Assembly: GCA_949293255.1 (NCBI GenBank)
Contig: CASFCL010000001.1
Coordinates: forward strand, 156,105 to 220,104
Direction: 5' to 3'
Length of the DNA: 64,000 nt
Source: an uncultured bacterium
GTDB lineage: Bacteria; Bacillota_I; Bacilli_A; RFN20; CAG-826
The position numbers and the translations under genes are program-made. The notes below the pieces were generated by a model. It saw only the letters and a program-made list of their open reading frames with translations, did not search any database and was not told the origin of the DNA. Position 1 is the stretch's first letter, and the number at the start of each line of letters is the position of its first letter. Below, piece by piece: positions 9,716 through 21,085 of the stretch.

Positions 9716-10756
9716 TTAATCCTCCACTTTCTTAACAAAACTATTTAAGAAACGAATATCGTTTTGATAAAAACGTCTTATATCATCGATTCCATATCTA
9801 AGCATAGCGACTCTTTCAATACCAATTCCAAAAGCAAAGCCGCTATAAACATTTGAATCGTATCCAGACATCTCTAAAACTTTAGGATTGACCATTCCAG
9901 CACCTAAAATTTCAATCCAACCCGTTCCTTTACACATTGAACAGCCTTTTCCGTTACAATTCATACAAGAAATATCAACTTCTACTGATGGTTCGGTAAA
10001 TGGGAAGTAGCTACTTCTAAGTCTAATTTCTCTTTTTTCACCAAACATTTTTTTAACAAATAATTCTAAAGTAGCTTTTAAATTACCCATGTTGATGTTT
10101 TTATCTATAACTAAACCTTCAACTTGAGCAAATTGATGGGAGTGAGTCATATCGTCATCATCTCTTCTAAAAACTTTTCCAGGGCAAATAATTTTGACTG
10201 GTTTATTTTGATTTTTCTCCATTACACGAGCTTGGACAGGTGAGGTATGAGTTCTTAAAAGTGTGGTTTCATCGATATAAAATGAATCTTGCATGTCACG
10301 AGCTGGATGGTCGCTAGGAATGTTTAAAAGCTCGAAGTTATAGTGATCTTTTTCTACTTCTGGACCATCTTCAATGGTATAACCCATTCCAATAAAGATA
10401 TCTTCGATTTCTCTAATAATTTTAAAGAAAGGATTGATGTTACCTTCATGAAAATCTCTTCCATTTAAAGTAATATCGATTTTTTCTTTTAATAATTCTT
10501 CGTTGATTTTAGCTTTTTGAAAAACTTCTTGTTTAGAATTTAAGATTGCTTCAAGAGAATCTTTACAGTTTTTAAAGGCTTCACCGAAGGCTTTTTTGTC
10601 TTCGACTTCTCTAATTTTATTTATCATGACTGAAATTAAGCCTTTTTTAGATAAATATTTAATTCTAACGTTAGCAAGTTCTTCTAAAGTTGATGCTTCA
10701 TTAGCTTCTTTTGTTGAATTTGATAAAAGTTCTTCAAATTCTTTAATGTAATCCAT
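9716..10756 (-). CDS. pheS: phenylalanyl-tRNA synthetase alpha subunit
   Basis: 346 aa with the class II motifs ...[19 protein letters not shown]... and [11 protein letters not shown], and GAGMVNP. Confidence 0.92.
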   Translation of the reverse strand: MDYIKEFEELLSNSTKEANEASTLEELANVRIKYLSKKGLISVMINKIREVEDKKAFGEAFKNCKDSLEAILNSKQEVFQKAKINEELLKEKIDITLNGRDFHEGNINPFFKIIREIEDIFIGMGYTIEDGPEVEKDHYNFELLNIPSDHPARDMQDSFYIDETTLLRTHTSPVQARVMEKNQNKPVKIICPGKVFRRDDDDMTHSHQFAQVEGLVIDKNINMGNLKATLELFVKKMFGEKREIRLRSSYFPFTEPSVEVDISCMNCNGKGCSMCKGTGWIEILGAGMVNPKVLEMSGYDSNVYSGFAFGIGIERVAMLRYGIDDIRRFYQNDIRFLNSFVKKVED

Positions 10757-11005
10757 ATTTAGCTACCTCCTAAAATAAAAAAGAATTAGCTAGGAACGAA
10801 TATAATCCGCGTTACCATCCTAATTCTTTTTATTAAAAGCTCTTAATTAAATTTCTTTTTAAGTATAAGAATAACTGGCTCCAAGGTGAATTCATTAAGC
10901 ATTACTTGAAGAGGTTTCACTGTTCTCTTCTCCCTAATAAGATAGTCTTAATTACTACTTCTTTTCATCGCCTCAATAATATTAACAATAATTAATATTA
11001 TTTTC
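10757..11005 (-). promoter_or_regulatory. T-box riboswitch leader of pheST
   Basis: On the minus strand the T-box AATTAGGATGGTAACGCGG (plus 10807..10826) is followed by a terminator helix (GAATTAG/CTAATTC) and a T6 run. An AGAGA box and a UUC-A candidate specifier (gaaTTCAcc) lie upstream. Confidence 0.75.
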
Positions 11006-11015
11006 TAGTTATATG

Positions 11016-14000
11016 TTATGAATTGATGTTTTGAATTGGGTTTTCAAGTGAGAATACACCAAAGGCAAGATAATCAAGATCATCACTACTTAAAGATGTA
11101 TCTCCACAAATAATTAAATCTGTACCAATATCAAGATAAATTGTTGTAGCCTCTGTATCTCCTTCGAAGATAACTTGATATCTGATGAAATCGAATCTAG
11201 TTAAATATGCTGCTGGAGAAGTATCATCTGTGTGGAATGGTTGAGATGGAGTAAATCCACTTGCAAAGGTGAATTTACGTTCTTCAACAACTCCAGATTC
11301 GTTTTTAAAGAATAAATAATTTCTACCATCATCAGAATTTACATAATGTCTATAACCAACATATTGATCTTCTGTTAAATTACTTGGCCAGATGTCTTCA
11401 AAATCTACTTTATTGATATTTAGTTTTCCTTCTGGAATGACATAATTTACAACTCTTTGATATTTATTGTTGTCTGAATTGACATATAAACCAAATCGAT
11501 AGTTGACCCCATCATAATATTGATCTGTATCTAATGTGACAAAGTAATGATCTAAAGATGTTGCTGTGCTTGTATATTTTATAGGCAACCATCTGTTATC
11601 TTTTGTAAATACATATGTGTCACGGCTATCATTTTGTTTATAAACTACTGCAATTGCAGTTTCATAATTCATTTCATTAACTCTAAGCCATTCATTACCA
11701 TAATAGATATATGAACGGTTTGTAGTACTATTTGTGAATGATTTATATGTAAAATCGGTTGAACTTGGTGCAATTACAATACCTTCAGAGGTAAAGGCAA
11801 TTGCATTTTGTCCATCTTCACTAATTAAATAGTGATTTACTTGATCATAACTTGATGCTCTAACAAAGTTATGATATTCATTTAAATAATAAATATGTGT
11901 TAATGCATCATTTGCTAAAACATTTCCGTTTTCATAAGCGGTCATTCTTTCCCAAGCACTATTTTCTTCAATATAAAGATATAAAACACCACTAATATTG
12001 AATGAACCGTTACTATTGTAGGTTCCTTGAGTAAGTTTTCCATTTAATGAGATGTATTGAGCTCCATCAATTACATAATAATGTGCTAAATTTTCACCGA
12101 TAACACCTTGATACCAAACACCTTGATTTAAATAGAATCCATCATCAATATCCGTATAGAAAGATGTAATTAATGAATTGCTACTAACTCCTGTTTGAAA
12201 GGTTTGACCATTAATAGATGCGACCCAGTCGCCGTTATTGGTATATGAAGCAAGAACATTAGCACTATTATCATAAAGAGTTCCATCATTTCCATTATTT
12301 GAATATTCCATAAAGGTTGATGAATTATCTTTAATTAATTCTTTTGTATCAGATTTGATATTGATAGTTAATTCTTGTTTGAAATAAACATTGTATTCAG
12401 AAGAAACAGGATTTAAAGCACCTTCTTCAACAATTTTTTCATAAGAATTAAATGAAGATAAATTTGCTTTTAAAGCTTCATAATTACTTTCAGCAACATT
12501 AATTGTTCCTAAAATTGTTGCATCTTTTATAGTAATTGTTCCTGAAACGGATAATTTTCCATCATTTACGCCTGCTAAATCTGGATAATTATTGTAATCT
12601 TCTAATTTATGACTTTTATAAATGTAGATATCTTCATTTACATTTAAATTGTTAAATCCAACAGTTGAATCACCCATAATTTTAATAGGTGTATTGATAT
12701 TTGCTGTACCTTTAAAGTTCATCATTAATGAATATGAAACAAGAGGAAAAGCAAGTGATGAAGAATCTTGAGTTTCACTATATGTAAATGGATTAACATT
12801 TACTTCTCCATCAACTTCAATTGTTTCGACTGTATTTTGAGAGGAAGCAATTCTAGAAAGTTTCGAATCAGTTGAAACAAATTGAATAAATGCTTCGTTT
12901 GAATTACCTGCAAAAAGCGTTTCATAATTCACAGTTGATGAATTAGAAACATAACTCATCATTCCATATAAAGAACCACCATTTTCGATAACAAAATCAC
13001 AGTTTATATCAGCAAAATTGTAACTTAAGAATGGAGAATCGTTGTTATCATATTTTTCTTGGAAATTACTCATTCCATAGAAATCATTAATTCCAACGTT
13101 AGCTTTTAAAGTTCCACCATTTTTAACAATAATTCCACCATCAGTTTTTGAATTGGTAATTAATCCGTTTGCAACTAAAGATCCACCATTTTCAATGATG
13201 AGATTATGTCCATTTAAGTCAATTGCTGAATATTGACCATTAATAACACCGCTAACATCGTTATTCTTTCCAATTGTTGAACTTAAAACTATATCACCTT
13301 TGATAGTTAAATCGCTATCTAATTGTAATTTTAATGTGGCATCTTCATATGTTGGGGTGAAATTTGCATCACTTTGAGTATATTTTCTTTGACTTGAAGC
13401 ACCTAAATCCATTTTTGAGGATTCAAGTATTAAAGTTTTTCCTTCTGGAATTTCACTTACTTCACCAGTGGAAATTACTTTATTATCATCTTCTGCAAGA
13501 TAATGAATACCGCTAATGGTATCGAATCTATCGATTGCTTCTTTTAAAGATAAATCGTGAATTACTTCTCTATCTTCTGAAAAATAAACAATTGATGAAT
13601 AATCGAATGTTTGTTCACCATTTGGTTTTGATAAAGAATCAAAGGGGAATGATGAAACATTAACGTTATCGTAACCTTCAAAAATAATTCCATCTCTAAC
13701 TGTTGTATTACCTAAAGCTGGAAGAACTTCAGCGTTATTTGTAATTTGGAAGTTACCTAATTGAACAAAATCGATTGGTTCAGTTCCATTACCGATATAA
13801 AAATTGTTTAAATTCAAATTTGATAAACCATTGTTATCAACGATTTCTAAAGTAGATGGTAAATATAAATTTTTAAGGTTATCTGCACCATCAAAAGCAA
13901 AATATGAAATTTCTTTGACACCTTCTCCAATGATGATTGTATTTACATCATAAATGAAAGGTCTATAGGTTCCATCTTCTTGAAGTCTACCAAAAGCATC

Positions 14001-14786
14001 GCCAAAAGACATTGGTCCAACAACAACTTCTTCGCCGTTATATGTTCCTGGAATTGTAATTGTTTTAGAAACTTCTTCATCTTCTCTTAAATTGTTGATT
14101 CTTCTATAAGATGAAAGAAGAATTTTTTGAGCATCAATAATATCAGGAAGATCTTGTTGTTCAACCATTTCAAGGAAAACTTCGTATAAGTCTCTTCTTA
14201 AAATAGCAACAACTTTATTATCTGAGTAATCGATAGAAATTTGTTCAAAATCAAATTTTAAATCTTTGATGAAAAATAAGTTTTGATCATATGTAGCAGC
14301 ATTTGCGTGCTGATTTAGTTCACCATCAGCTGTAATTTGACTAAATTTTGTAAAAGTTCCGTCAGCTTCTTCTTTGATTAAGATTAAAGGTGGATTTTCG
14401 ATTAATGAAGAAAGTTGAAATTGACCATTTTCACTATAATTTGGTAAATCGTAATCGACTCTTGAACCATCATAAGTAACAGAAATTTCAACGTTTCCTA
14501 AATCACAAAAATAGGATGGATCTTCAGAAAAAGATAAGTTTGAAATGTTAAATAAACCTAAGTATTTTATTTTTTCATCTTCACTAGGATTGAAGACTAC
14601 AGTTCTAGTTGAAGTGCCTTCATAGTAGTAAACATTTTTAGAAGCATTTGGACCGTAATTTTCTAAATATTTTTCATAATAGCCCATCGCTTTATCCATG
14701 AATTCTTGGACAGGATCTTTAAAACATCCGGTCAAAGAAAAGAGCATTGTGACCATTGATAAACATAATAAATTTTTCTTTTTCAT
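11016..14786 (-). CDS. large surface lipoprotein (1256 aa) with BspA-type LRR-like and parallel beta-helix-like repeats; function unknown
   Basis: It has a signal peptide with the lipobox LTGC (MKKKNLLCLSMVTMLFSLTGC) and a good SD (AAGGAG). One segment is LRR_5-like (...EISYFAFDGADNLKNLYLPSTLEIV...). Another shows repetitive GG/NG beta-helix-like periodicity (NGGSLVANGLITNS..GGIIVKNGGTLKAN). Confidence 0.6.
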   Translation of the reverse strand: MKKKNLLCLSMVTMLFSLTGCFKDPVQEFMDKAMGYYEKYLENYGPNASKNVYYYEGTSTRTVVFNPSEDEKIKYLGLFNISNLSFSEDPSYFCDLGNVEISVTYDGSRVDYDLPNYSENGQFQLSSLIENPPLILIKEEADGTFTKFSQITADGELNQHANAATYDQNLFFIKDLKFDFEQISIDYSDNKVVAILRRDLYEVFLEMVEQQDLPDIIDAQKILLSSYRRINNLREDEEVSKTITIPGTYNGEEVVVGPMSFGDAFGRLQEDGTYRPFIYDVNTIIIGEGVKEISYFAFDGADNLKNLYLPSTLEIVDNNGLSNLNLNNFYIGNGTEPIDFVQLGNFQITNNAEVLPALGNTTVRDGIIFEGYDNVNVSSFPFDSLSKPNGEQTFDYSSIVYFSEDREVIHDLSLKEAIDRFDTISGIHYLAEDDNKVISTGEVSEIPEGKTLILESSKMDLGASSQRKYTQSDANFTPTYEDATLKLQLDSDLTIKGDIVLSSTIGKNNDVSGVINGQYSAIDLNGHNLIIENGGSLVANGLITNSKTDGGIIVKNGGTLKANVGINDFYGMSNFQEKYDNNDSPFLSYNFADINCDFVIENGGSLYGMMSYVSNSSTVNYETLFAGNSNEAFIQFVSTDSKLSRIASSQNTVETIEVDGEVNVNPFTYSETQDSSSLAFPLVSYSLMMNFKGTANINTPIKIMGDSTVGFNNLNVNEDIYIYKSHKLEDYNNYPDLAGVNDGKLSVSGTITIKDATILGTINVAESNYEALKANLSSFNSYEKIVEEGALNPVSSEYNVYFKQELTINIKSDTKELIKDNSSTFMEYSNNGNDGTLYDNSANVLASYTNNGDWVASINGQTFQTGVSSNSLITSFYTDIDDGFYLNQGVWYQGVIGENLAHYYVIDGAQYISLNGKLTQGTYNSNGSFNISGVLYLYIEENSAWERMTAYENGNVLANDALTHIYYLNEYHNFVRASSYDQVNHYLISEDGQNAIAFTSEGIVIAPSSTDFTYKSFTNSTTNRSYIYYGNEWLRVNEMNYETAIAVVYKQNDSRDTYVFTKDNRWLPIKYTSTATSLDHYFVTLDTDQYYDGVNYRFGLYVNSDNNKYQRVVNYVIPEGKLNINKVDFEDIWPSNLTEDQYVGYRHYVNSDDGRNYLFFKNESGVVEERKFTFASGFTPSQPFHTDDTSPAAYLTRFDFIRYQVIFEGDTEATTIYLDIGTDLIICGDTSLSSDDLDYLAFGVFSLENPIQNINS

Positions 14787-14787
14787 G

Positions 14788-15525
14788 CTAAATTTTCTCC
14801 TTGAAACTGTACATTACTATCCCTGAAGCGACTCCAACATTCAAAGAATCGATTTCATTCATTGGAATTTTTAGTAATGTTGTGCACATATTTTCAACTT
14901 CTTTTTTCATCCCTTTTCCTTCATTTCCAAAAATTAATACGCACTTTGCAGGGATTTTTTTAAAATTAGCTAGATTTATTGATCTCTCTGTGAGTGAAGT
15001 TCCTATAATTTCATACCCTCTTTCTTTCAATATTTCTAACATATTTATTTTATCAAAGATTATATTTTCCTTAAAGATAGAACCTTGCGAAGATTGAATA
15101 ACTTTTTGATTGTATAAAAATGCTGAATCATTAGAAAGCACTATGTTTTTAAAGTTAAAAGCTAAAGCTGTTCTTAAAATTGTTCCAACGTTTCCTGGAT
15201 CTTGAACACCATCTAAATAGATATAATTTGAGGCTAATTCTTCTTCGTTTGATTCTAAAAATTTACAAATTGCGACTACTTTTTGGAACGATTTTGCACT
15301 ACTAATTTTATCTAAAATTTGCTCAGTTACGATGTATTGAGTGATGCTTTCAGGAAGGTCTAATTTATTTAAAGTAAAAACAATTTCAACATAATCAAGA
15401 GCCATCTCTAAAAGATGAAAACCCTCAATTAAAAATTTTCTTTCTTTTTTCATTTCATCATTGTTTTTTAAAGAAAGAGCATACTTTACAATAGGATTTT
15501 TTAATGAAGTTATTTCTTTAATCAT
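14788..15525 (-). CDS. TrmH/SpoU-family RNA 2'-O-methyltransferase (RlmB/YsgA-like)
   Basis: 245 aa with the SPOUT motifs LDGVQDPGNVGTILRTA and ...LIFGNEGKG... plus an N-terminal substrate-binding domain. Confidence 0.8.
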   Translation of the reverse strand: MIKEITSLKNPIVKYALSLKNNDEMKKERKFLIEGFHLLEMALDYVEIVFTLNKLDLPESITQYIVTEQILDKISSAKSFQKVVAICKFLESNEEELASNYIYLDGVQDPGNVGTILRTALAFNFKNIVLSNDSAFLYNQKVIQSSQGSIFKENIIFDKINMLEILKERGYEIIGTSLTERSINLANFKKIPAKCVLIFGNEGKGMKKEVENMCTTLLKIPMNEIDSLNVGVASGIVMYSFKEKI

Positions 15526-16169
15526 TTGAAATCGATCCTTTTTAATTCGTTATTTTGTATTTCAAAATAATCTGGCATATAAGTTAAAACGACTTTATAG
15601 AAATTGTTAGAATGATCTCTAACTTTATCATGAGCAAGTTCATGAATTACTACACTATCAATTGCATTTTTTGAATAATGAATAAGTTTAATATCAAATG
15701 TAATTGATTTAGTCATCATCGAGTTAGATCCATAAATAGTTTTAACGTTTTTAATTTTAACATTATATGGTTCATTTACTCCCATGATTTCTTCATAATA
15801 TCTAACTCGTGAGGTGATATAGTCTAAAAAATACTTAGAAACATTTTTATAAAATATCCTTCGATCTTTAAAAATAAAGAATCTATTGAATATTTTGATA
15901 AATCCTTCATTTGCTTTAACAAATTCTCCAAATAAATATACGCCATCATTTTTAAATGGATTTCGATTTAAAATTATATCTAAATTTTTGCTTCCATATG
16001 ATTCAACAAGCTTTTTAATATCTTCAATTTTTGCTGTATATGGAGCTGAAACATATATAATTCCGCTTCTACTATGAGCAACTATACGTCTAAAATCTTT
16101 GCTTCTTTTGACTTCAATTTCAAAATCAGCATCATCAATTTTAAATATATATTTTTCTACAAAATCCAT
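15522..16169 (-). CDS. DUF45/YgjP-family zinc metallohydrolase
   Basis: 215 aa with the HExxH-containing VIHELAHDKVRDHSNNFYK motif of the YgjP/DUF45 family. It overlaps the TrmH gene by 4 nt (ATGA coupling). Confidence 0.6.
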   Translation of the reverse strand: MDFVEKYIFKIDDADFEIEVKRSKDFRRIVAHSRSGIIYVSAPYTAKIEDIKKLVESYGSKNLDIILNRNPFKNDGVYLFGEFVKANEGFIKIFNRFFIFKDRRIFYKNVSKYFLDYITSRVRYYEEIMGVNEPYNVKIKNVKTIYGSNSMMTKSITFDIKLIHYSKNAIDSVVIHELAHDKVRDHSNNFYKVVLTYMPDYFEIQNNELKRIDFK

Positions 16170-16231
16170 ATGAATAATTATAACATTAACTCTTTAAATA
16201 TAATCTATTTTTCTTTATAATTTTTAAGATT

Positions 16232-16684
16232 ATGGAAACAATTATTGTAAGTGCATGCCTACTTGGAGACAAAACTAGATACGATGGAAAGACAAATTAT
16301 GATCCTTTAATTGAAAAAGTTAAAGAAAATTATAATATCGTTCCAATTTGTCCTGAAGTTATGGGAGGAATGTCTATTCCTAGAGAACCAACTGAATTAA
16401 TCAATGGATTCCCTTATTTAAAATCAGGAAAAGACGTCAGCTCTAACTTCAATAAAGGAACAAAACAAGTTGTAAATATCGTTAAATATTTAAAGGTAAA
16501 AAAAGCAATCTTAGTTGATAGATCTCCTTCATGTGGGATTCATAAAATTCATAACGGATACTTCAATGGTGTCGTTATAAATGGTCAAGGATTCACCACT
16601 CAAAGATTAAGAGAACTTGGTGTTGAATGTTTTACATTAAATGAATTTTGTGAAAAATATTTAAATGAAAACGAAGAAAAATAG
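16232..16684 (+). CDS. DUF523 (TudS-like [4Fe-4S] thionucleobase desulfidase family) protein
   Basis: 150 aa with the DUF523 hallmarks IVSACLLG..RYDG, CPEV.GG.S.PR and SPSCG, which supply three Cys ligands. Confidence 0.7.
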   Translation: METIIVSACLLGDKTRYDGKTNYDPLIEKVKENYNIVPICPEVMGGMSIPREPTELINGFPYLKSGKDVSSNFNKGTKQVVNIVKYLKVKKAILVDRSPSCGIHKIHNGYFNGVVINGQGFTTQRLRELGVECFTLNEFCEKYLNENEEK

Positions 16685-16760
16685 TACAAATTAATGTACT
16701 ATTTTTTTATTAAAAACTCAGTGTTTTAAAGTGAAAATCTTGCAAATCTCCACTTTGTTC

Positions 16761-19172
16761 TTAAAAATTAATCTTTTTAAGATGCCAGATATCTTTATTA
16801 TATTCTTCGATAGTTCTATCACTTGAGAAGTATCCACTCATAGCGATGTTATATAAGCAACTTCTTTGCCATTTTGTATCATCAGAATGATATTCATCAA
16901 TTTTCTTTGATTCTTCTAAGTAAGCTTCAAAGTCTTTAAGAATATAATATTCATCATTATGATTCATGATTTCATCAAAGATGCTTCTGAATCTATCTGG
17001 GATATTTTCACACCATGGACCACTAAATAATGAATCTAAAATATATCTAATCTTGACATTTTCATTGTAGGTATCCCAAGCTGAATATGAACCAGTTTTT
17101 TGAATCTTTTCAATATCTTCAACTTTTAATCCGAAGATAAATGAATGTTCATCACCAACTCTTTCATTGATTTCAACATTAGCACCATCTAAAGTTCCTA
17201 AAGTCAAAGCACCATTCATCATGAATTTCATATTTGAAGTACCACTTGCTTCTTTTCCAGCTGTTGAAATTTGTTCAGAAATATCAGTTGCTGGAATAAT
17301 AAGTTCAGCTAATGAAACTCCATAATTTTCCATGAAGACAACTTTCATATATTTGTTAACTTCAGGATCGTTATTAACTACTTTTGCTACTGCATTGATT
17401 AAGCAAATAATTTCTTTTGCAAAATAGTATGAAGGAGCAGCTTTAGCTCCAAAAATGAATGTATGAGGAGCAAGTTTGAAGTTTTTATTTGTTTTAAGTT
17501 CATGATAATACCACATGATTCTAAAAACATTTAACAATTGTCTCTTATAAGCATGAAGTCTCTTAATTTGAGTATCAAAAATTGAATTTGGATCAATTTC
17601 AAGACCATAATGCTTCTTAACATAATCAGTAAGGCGAAGCTTATTGTTATATTTAATTTGTTTAAGAGTCTTTAAAACTTTCTTATCATCGATATAATCT
17701 TTTAATTTTTCTAATTCATCTGGATGAGTAATCCAACCTTCACCAATTAAAGATGTAATTAATGCTGATAATTCTTCATTTGAATACATCAACCATCTTC
17801 TATGGGTTACACCATTGGTTTTGTTGTTAAATTTTTCTGGGAAATATTTATAGAAATGTTTAAATGTAACATTTTTAAGAATATTTGTATGAATTGCAGC
17901 AACACCATTGACAGAGAAACATGTAAAGATAGCTAAATTAGTCATTCTGACCATTCCATCTTTAATTATTTCCATATTATCGTGTTCTTGTTCACTAACA
18001 TTATGTTCATTCATCCAAATTAAGAATCTTCTATTAATTTCTTCAATGATCATATAGCATCTAGGAATTAACATTTGGATGTATTGAATTGGCCATTTTT
18101 CTAAAGCTTCAGGCATGATTGTATGGTTGGTATAGGCGATACATTTTGTAACAATATTCCATGCATCATCCCATCCATATCCATGAACATCCATTAAAAG
18201 TCTCATTAATTCAGGAATTGCTAAAATTGGATGTGTATCGTTAAGTTGGAAAACATATTTTTCATGTAAATTATCAAGAGTTCCATAAATTCTCATATGT
18301 CCTCTGATTGCTGATTGCAAACCAGCAGAAACGAAGAAATATTGTTGTCTTAGTCTTAATAATTTACCATGTTCAGTTGTATCATCCGGGTATAAACCAT
18401 GTGATAATTCTTGAAGTGTTAATAAATATTGATCAAATGATTGAGAGCTAACCATGTTACCTTCGCTTGGTTGAGCTGACCATAATCTTAAGTTGTTAGC
18501 AACACCATTTTTATATCCAACAACTGAAACATCATATGGACAAGCAGTAACTTTTGTAGCATTTGCGGTTCTAATTCCATAATCACCATTAGCTTTTAAG
18601 AAAGTTTCAGCGTTTCCATAAAATTCAACTTCACAGCTATGTTTTGGTTTTCTAACTTCCCAAACAAATCCGTTTGTTAACCATTGATCTGGAAGTTCAA
18701 CTTGTCTTCCATCAACGATTCTTTGTTTAAAGAAACCATATTCATATCTAATACAGTTTCCGTTTCCTGGATAACCTAAAGATGCGATTGAATCGAGGAA
18801 ACAAGCAGCTAAACGTCCTAAGCCACCATTACCTAAACCAGCATCATCTTCCATTTCTTCAAGTTCACCAATATCAATACATAAAAGGGCGAGACCATCT
18901 TTACAAATATTGAAGATTCCTAAGTTCATCATGTTATTGGTTAAGAGTCTTCCAATTAAGAATTCCATTGAGAAATAGATTAATTGTTTTGCGTGTTTAT
19001 CGATGGTATAAGTTCTAGTATTTCTCCAACTTGTACCAGCGTAATCTCTAACCATTTCACCTAAGATTTCATATTTTTCAAAGATGTGTGCATCTTGAGG
19101 TTCTTTACCATATTTTGCAACGATTCGATCTTTATACATCGCTGCAAATTCTTCTTTATTTTTAAATAACAT
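16761..19172 (-). CDS. glgP: glycogen/maltodextrin phosphorylase
   Basis: 803 aa with the PLP-site motif EASGTSNMKFMMNGALTLGTLDGANVEI and the GT35 fold. Confidence 0.92.
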   Translation of the reverse strand: MLFKNKEEFAAMYKDRIVAKYGKEPQDAHIFEKYEILGEMVRDYAGTSWRNTRTYTIDKHAKQLIYFSMEFLIGRLLTNNMMNLGIFNICKDGLALLCIDIGELEEMEDDAGLGNGGLGRLAACFLDSIASLGYPGNGNCIRYEYGFFKQRIVDGRQVELPDQWLTNGFVWEVRKPKHSCEVEFYGNAETFLKANGDYGIRTANATKVTACPYDVSVVGYKNGVANNLRLWSAQPSEGNMVSSQSFDQYLLTLQELSHGLYPDDTTEHGKLLRLRQQYFFVSAGLQSAIRGHMRIYGTLDNLHEKYVFQLNDTHPILAIPELMRLLMDVHGYGWDDAWNIVTKCIAYTNHTIMPEALEKWPIQYIQMLIPRCYMIIEEINRRFLIWMNEHNVSEQEHDNMEIIKDGMVRMTNLAIFTCFSVNGVAAIHTNILKNVTFKHFYKYFPEKFNNKTNGVTHRRWLMYSNEELSALITSLIGEGWITHPDELEKLKDYIDDKKVLKTLKQIKYNNKLRLTDYVKKHYGLEIDPNSIFDTQIKRLHAYKRQLLNVFRIMWYYHELKTNKNFKLAPHTFIFGAKAAPSYYFAKEIICLINAVAKVVNNDPEVNKYMKVVFMENYGVSLAELIIPATDISEQISTAGKEASGTSNMKFMMNGALTLGTLDGANVEINERVGDEHSFIFGLKVEDIEKIQKTGSYSAWDTYNENVKIRYILDSLFSGPWCENIPDRFRSIFDEIMNHNDEYYILKDFEAYLEESKKIDEYHSDDTKWQRSCLYNIAMSGYFSSDRTIEEYNKDIWHLKKINF

Positions 19173-19174
19173 TG

Positions 19175-21085
19175 CTAATCCTCCTTCTTTTCTACGAATT
19201 TAAATATACAGGCAGCAAATGGAGCTAATTTAATTGTTAATTTATAAGGTCTATTTTCTGGTCCATAAAGTTCAGTATGGATATCTAAACCATTATAAGC
19301 ATTACTTCCTCCATAAACATCTTTATCGGAGTTAAAGATTTCTTTATATAAGCCTTCTCGAGTAGCTCCTACACTATAATATTCATAATAATTTGGTGTC
19401 ATATTAAAGATAAATAATAAATGAGAATCACCACATCTTCTTTCAAAAGCAAAGACTGAGTCATTAGCATTATCAACCATCAACCAATTAAAATGAATTG
19501 GATTATATTCTTCAAAATGCATTGCTTTTTCTGCTCTATAAATAAGATTTAAATCTCTAACAAGTCTAGAAACACTATCATGTTTTGGGAAACGTTTTAA
19601 TTCCCAAGGAAGTGATTTTTTCTCATTCCATTCATCCCAACTTGCAAGTTCATTACCCATGAAGTTAAGTTTTTTACCTGGATGAGCGAATTGATAAGTG
19701 TATAAATTTCTTACAAGAGCGAATTTTTCTTCATATCCACCCCACATTTTATTTAAAATGGTACCTTTTCCATGAACTACTTCATCATGGGAAAGTGGGA
19801 GTAAGAAGTTTTCTGAGAAGAAATATGCCATTGAGAAATTAATTTTGTTATGGTCATATTTTTTATAGATTGGATCTAAAGCATAATATTTTAAAGTATC
19901 ATTCATCCAACCTAAATCCCATTTATAATCAAATCCTAAACCATTCCAATCAGTAGGTTTTGTCACACCTGTAAAATCTGTTGAATCTTCAGCAATCATC
20001 ATTACTGAGTTATGAGCGATATGGATTTTACCATTTAATCTTTTAATAAATTCGGTTGCACCGGTATTTTCACCATTATTTTTATTGCCATCCCAATAGA
20101 CGATATTGCTGACTGCATCGCATCTAATACCATCAAAATGGAAATATTCAATAAAGTAATTCATCGCACTCATTAAGAAAGATCTAACTGGATCTTTTCC
20201 TAAATCAAATTGTAATGAACCCCATGGAGAATACATGTGTTCATTATCATATTCATATAAGCAAGTTCCATCAAATTTTGATAAGGCCCAAGGGTCGGTA
20301 GCAAAATGAACTGGAGCAAAATCTAAAATAACACCGATTCCAGCTTGATGCATTCTATCGACAAATGACATAAGTTGCATTGGGTTTCCATATCTAGAAT
20401 CGACACTATAAAATCCAGTTGCTTGATATCCCCAACTTCCATCAAATGGATATTGAGTGATAGGCATAATTTCAATATGTGTGAAACCTAATTCTTTTAA
20501 ATAAGGAATTAAATAATCAGCAATTTCTTCATAGGAAAGGTTTCTGCCGTTAATTTTTCCTTTCCAACTACCTAAATGCATCTCATAAATTGACATTGGA
20601 CGATCAAAATTACGATCGCGATGTTCTAAAAATGGACGGTCATGCCAAATAAAGCCTTCGATATTAAATAATCTTGAGCAACTTCCTGGACGATATTCTG
20701 AGAAAAATGCGTATGGATCTGCTTTATCTACATAATTTCCGTTAGCATCTTTAAAATGATACTTATAAAAAGAGTAGTTATGTAAATTAGGAATAAAGAT
20801 TTCATAAGCTCCGCATTCATCAACTCTTTCCATCTTATGAACGCCTGGATCCCAGTTATTAAAATCTCCGATTACACTAACATCACTAGCATTAGGAGCA
20901 TAAAGTCTAAATATAACTCCATCAATGATTCTTTTTCTTTTAACTTTTTTACTTCTAGAAGGATCTTTTTTTAAAGGAACATCTACTATTTCTTCAATTT
21001 CCTTTTTAATAAAATGAGCACCAAAATACTTGTATGCTTCAATTGTTTGACCCATTAAAAAATCGTAAAGAATTCCGTAAGCCAT
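19175..21085 (-). CDS. glgB: 1,4-alpha-glucan branching enzyme
   Basis: GH13 motifs GFDGIRCDAV, GFDYKWDLGWMND and ...HDEVVHGK. The ORF track extends to 21127, but the SD AAGGAA precedes M15 (MAYGILYDF), so the likely start is 21085. Confidence 0.85.
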   Translation of the reverse strand: MAYGILYDFLMGQTIEAYKYFGAHFIKKEIEEIVDVPLKKDPSRSKKVKRKRIIDGVIFRLYAPNASDVSVIGDFNNWDPGVHKMERVDECGAYEIFIPNLHNYSFYKYHFKDANGNYVDKADPYAFFSEYRPGSCSRLFNIEGFIWHDRPFLEHRDRNFDRPMSIYEMHLGSWKGKINGRNLSYEEIADYLIPYLKELGFTHIEIMPITQYPFDGSWGYQATGFYSVDSRYGNPMQLMSFVDRMHQAGIGVILDFAPVHFATDPWALSKFDGTCLYEYDNEHMYSPWGSLQFDLGKDPVRSFLMSAMNYFIEYFHFDGIRCDAVSNIVYWDGNKNNGENTGATEFIKRLNGKIHIAHNSVMMIAEDSTDFTGVTKPTDWNGLGFDYKWDLGWMNDTLKYYALDPIYKKYDHNKINFSMAYFFSENFLLPLSHDEVVHGKGTILNKMWGGYEEKFALVRNLYTYQFAHPGKKLNFMGNELASWDEWNEKKSLPWELKRFPKHDSVSRLVRDLNLIYRAEKAMHFEEYNPIHFNWLMVDNANDSVFAFERRCGDSHLLFIFNMTPNYYEYYSVGATREGLYKEIFNSDKDVYGGSNAYNGLDIHTELYGPENRPYKLTIKLAPFAACIFKFVEKKED

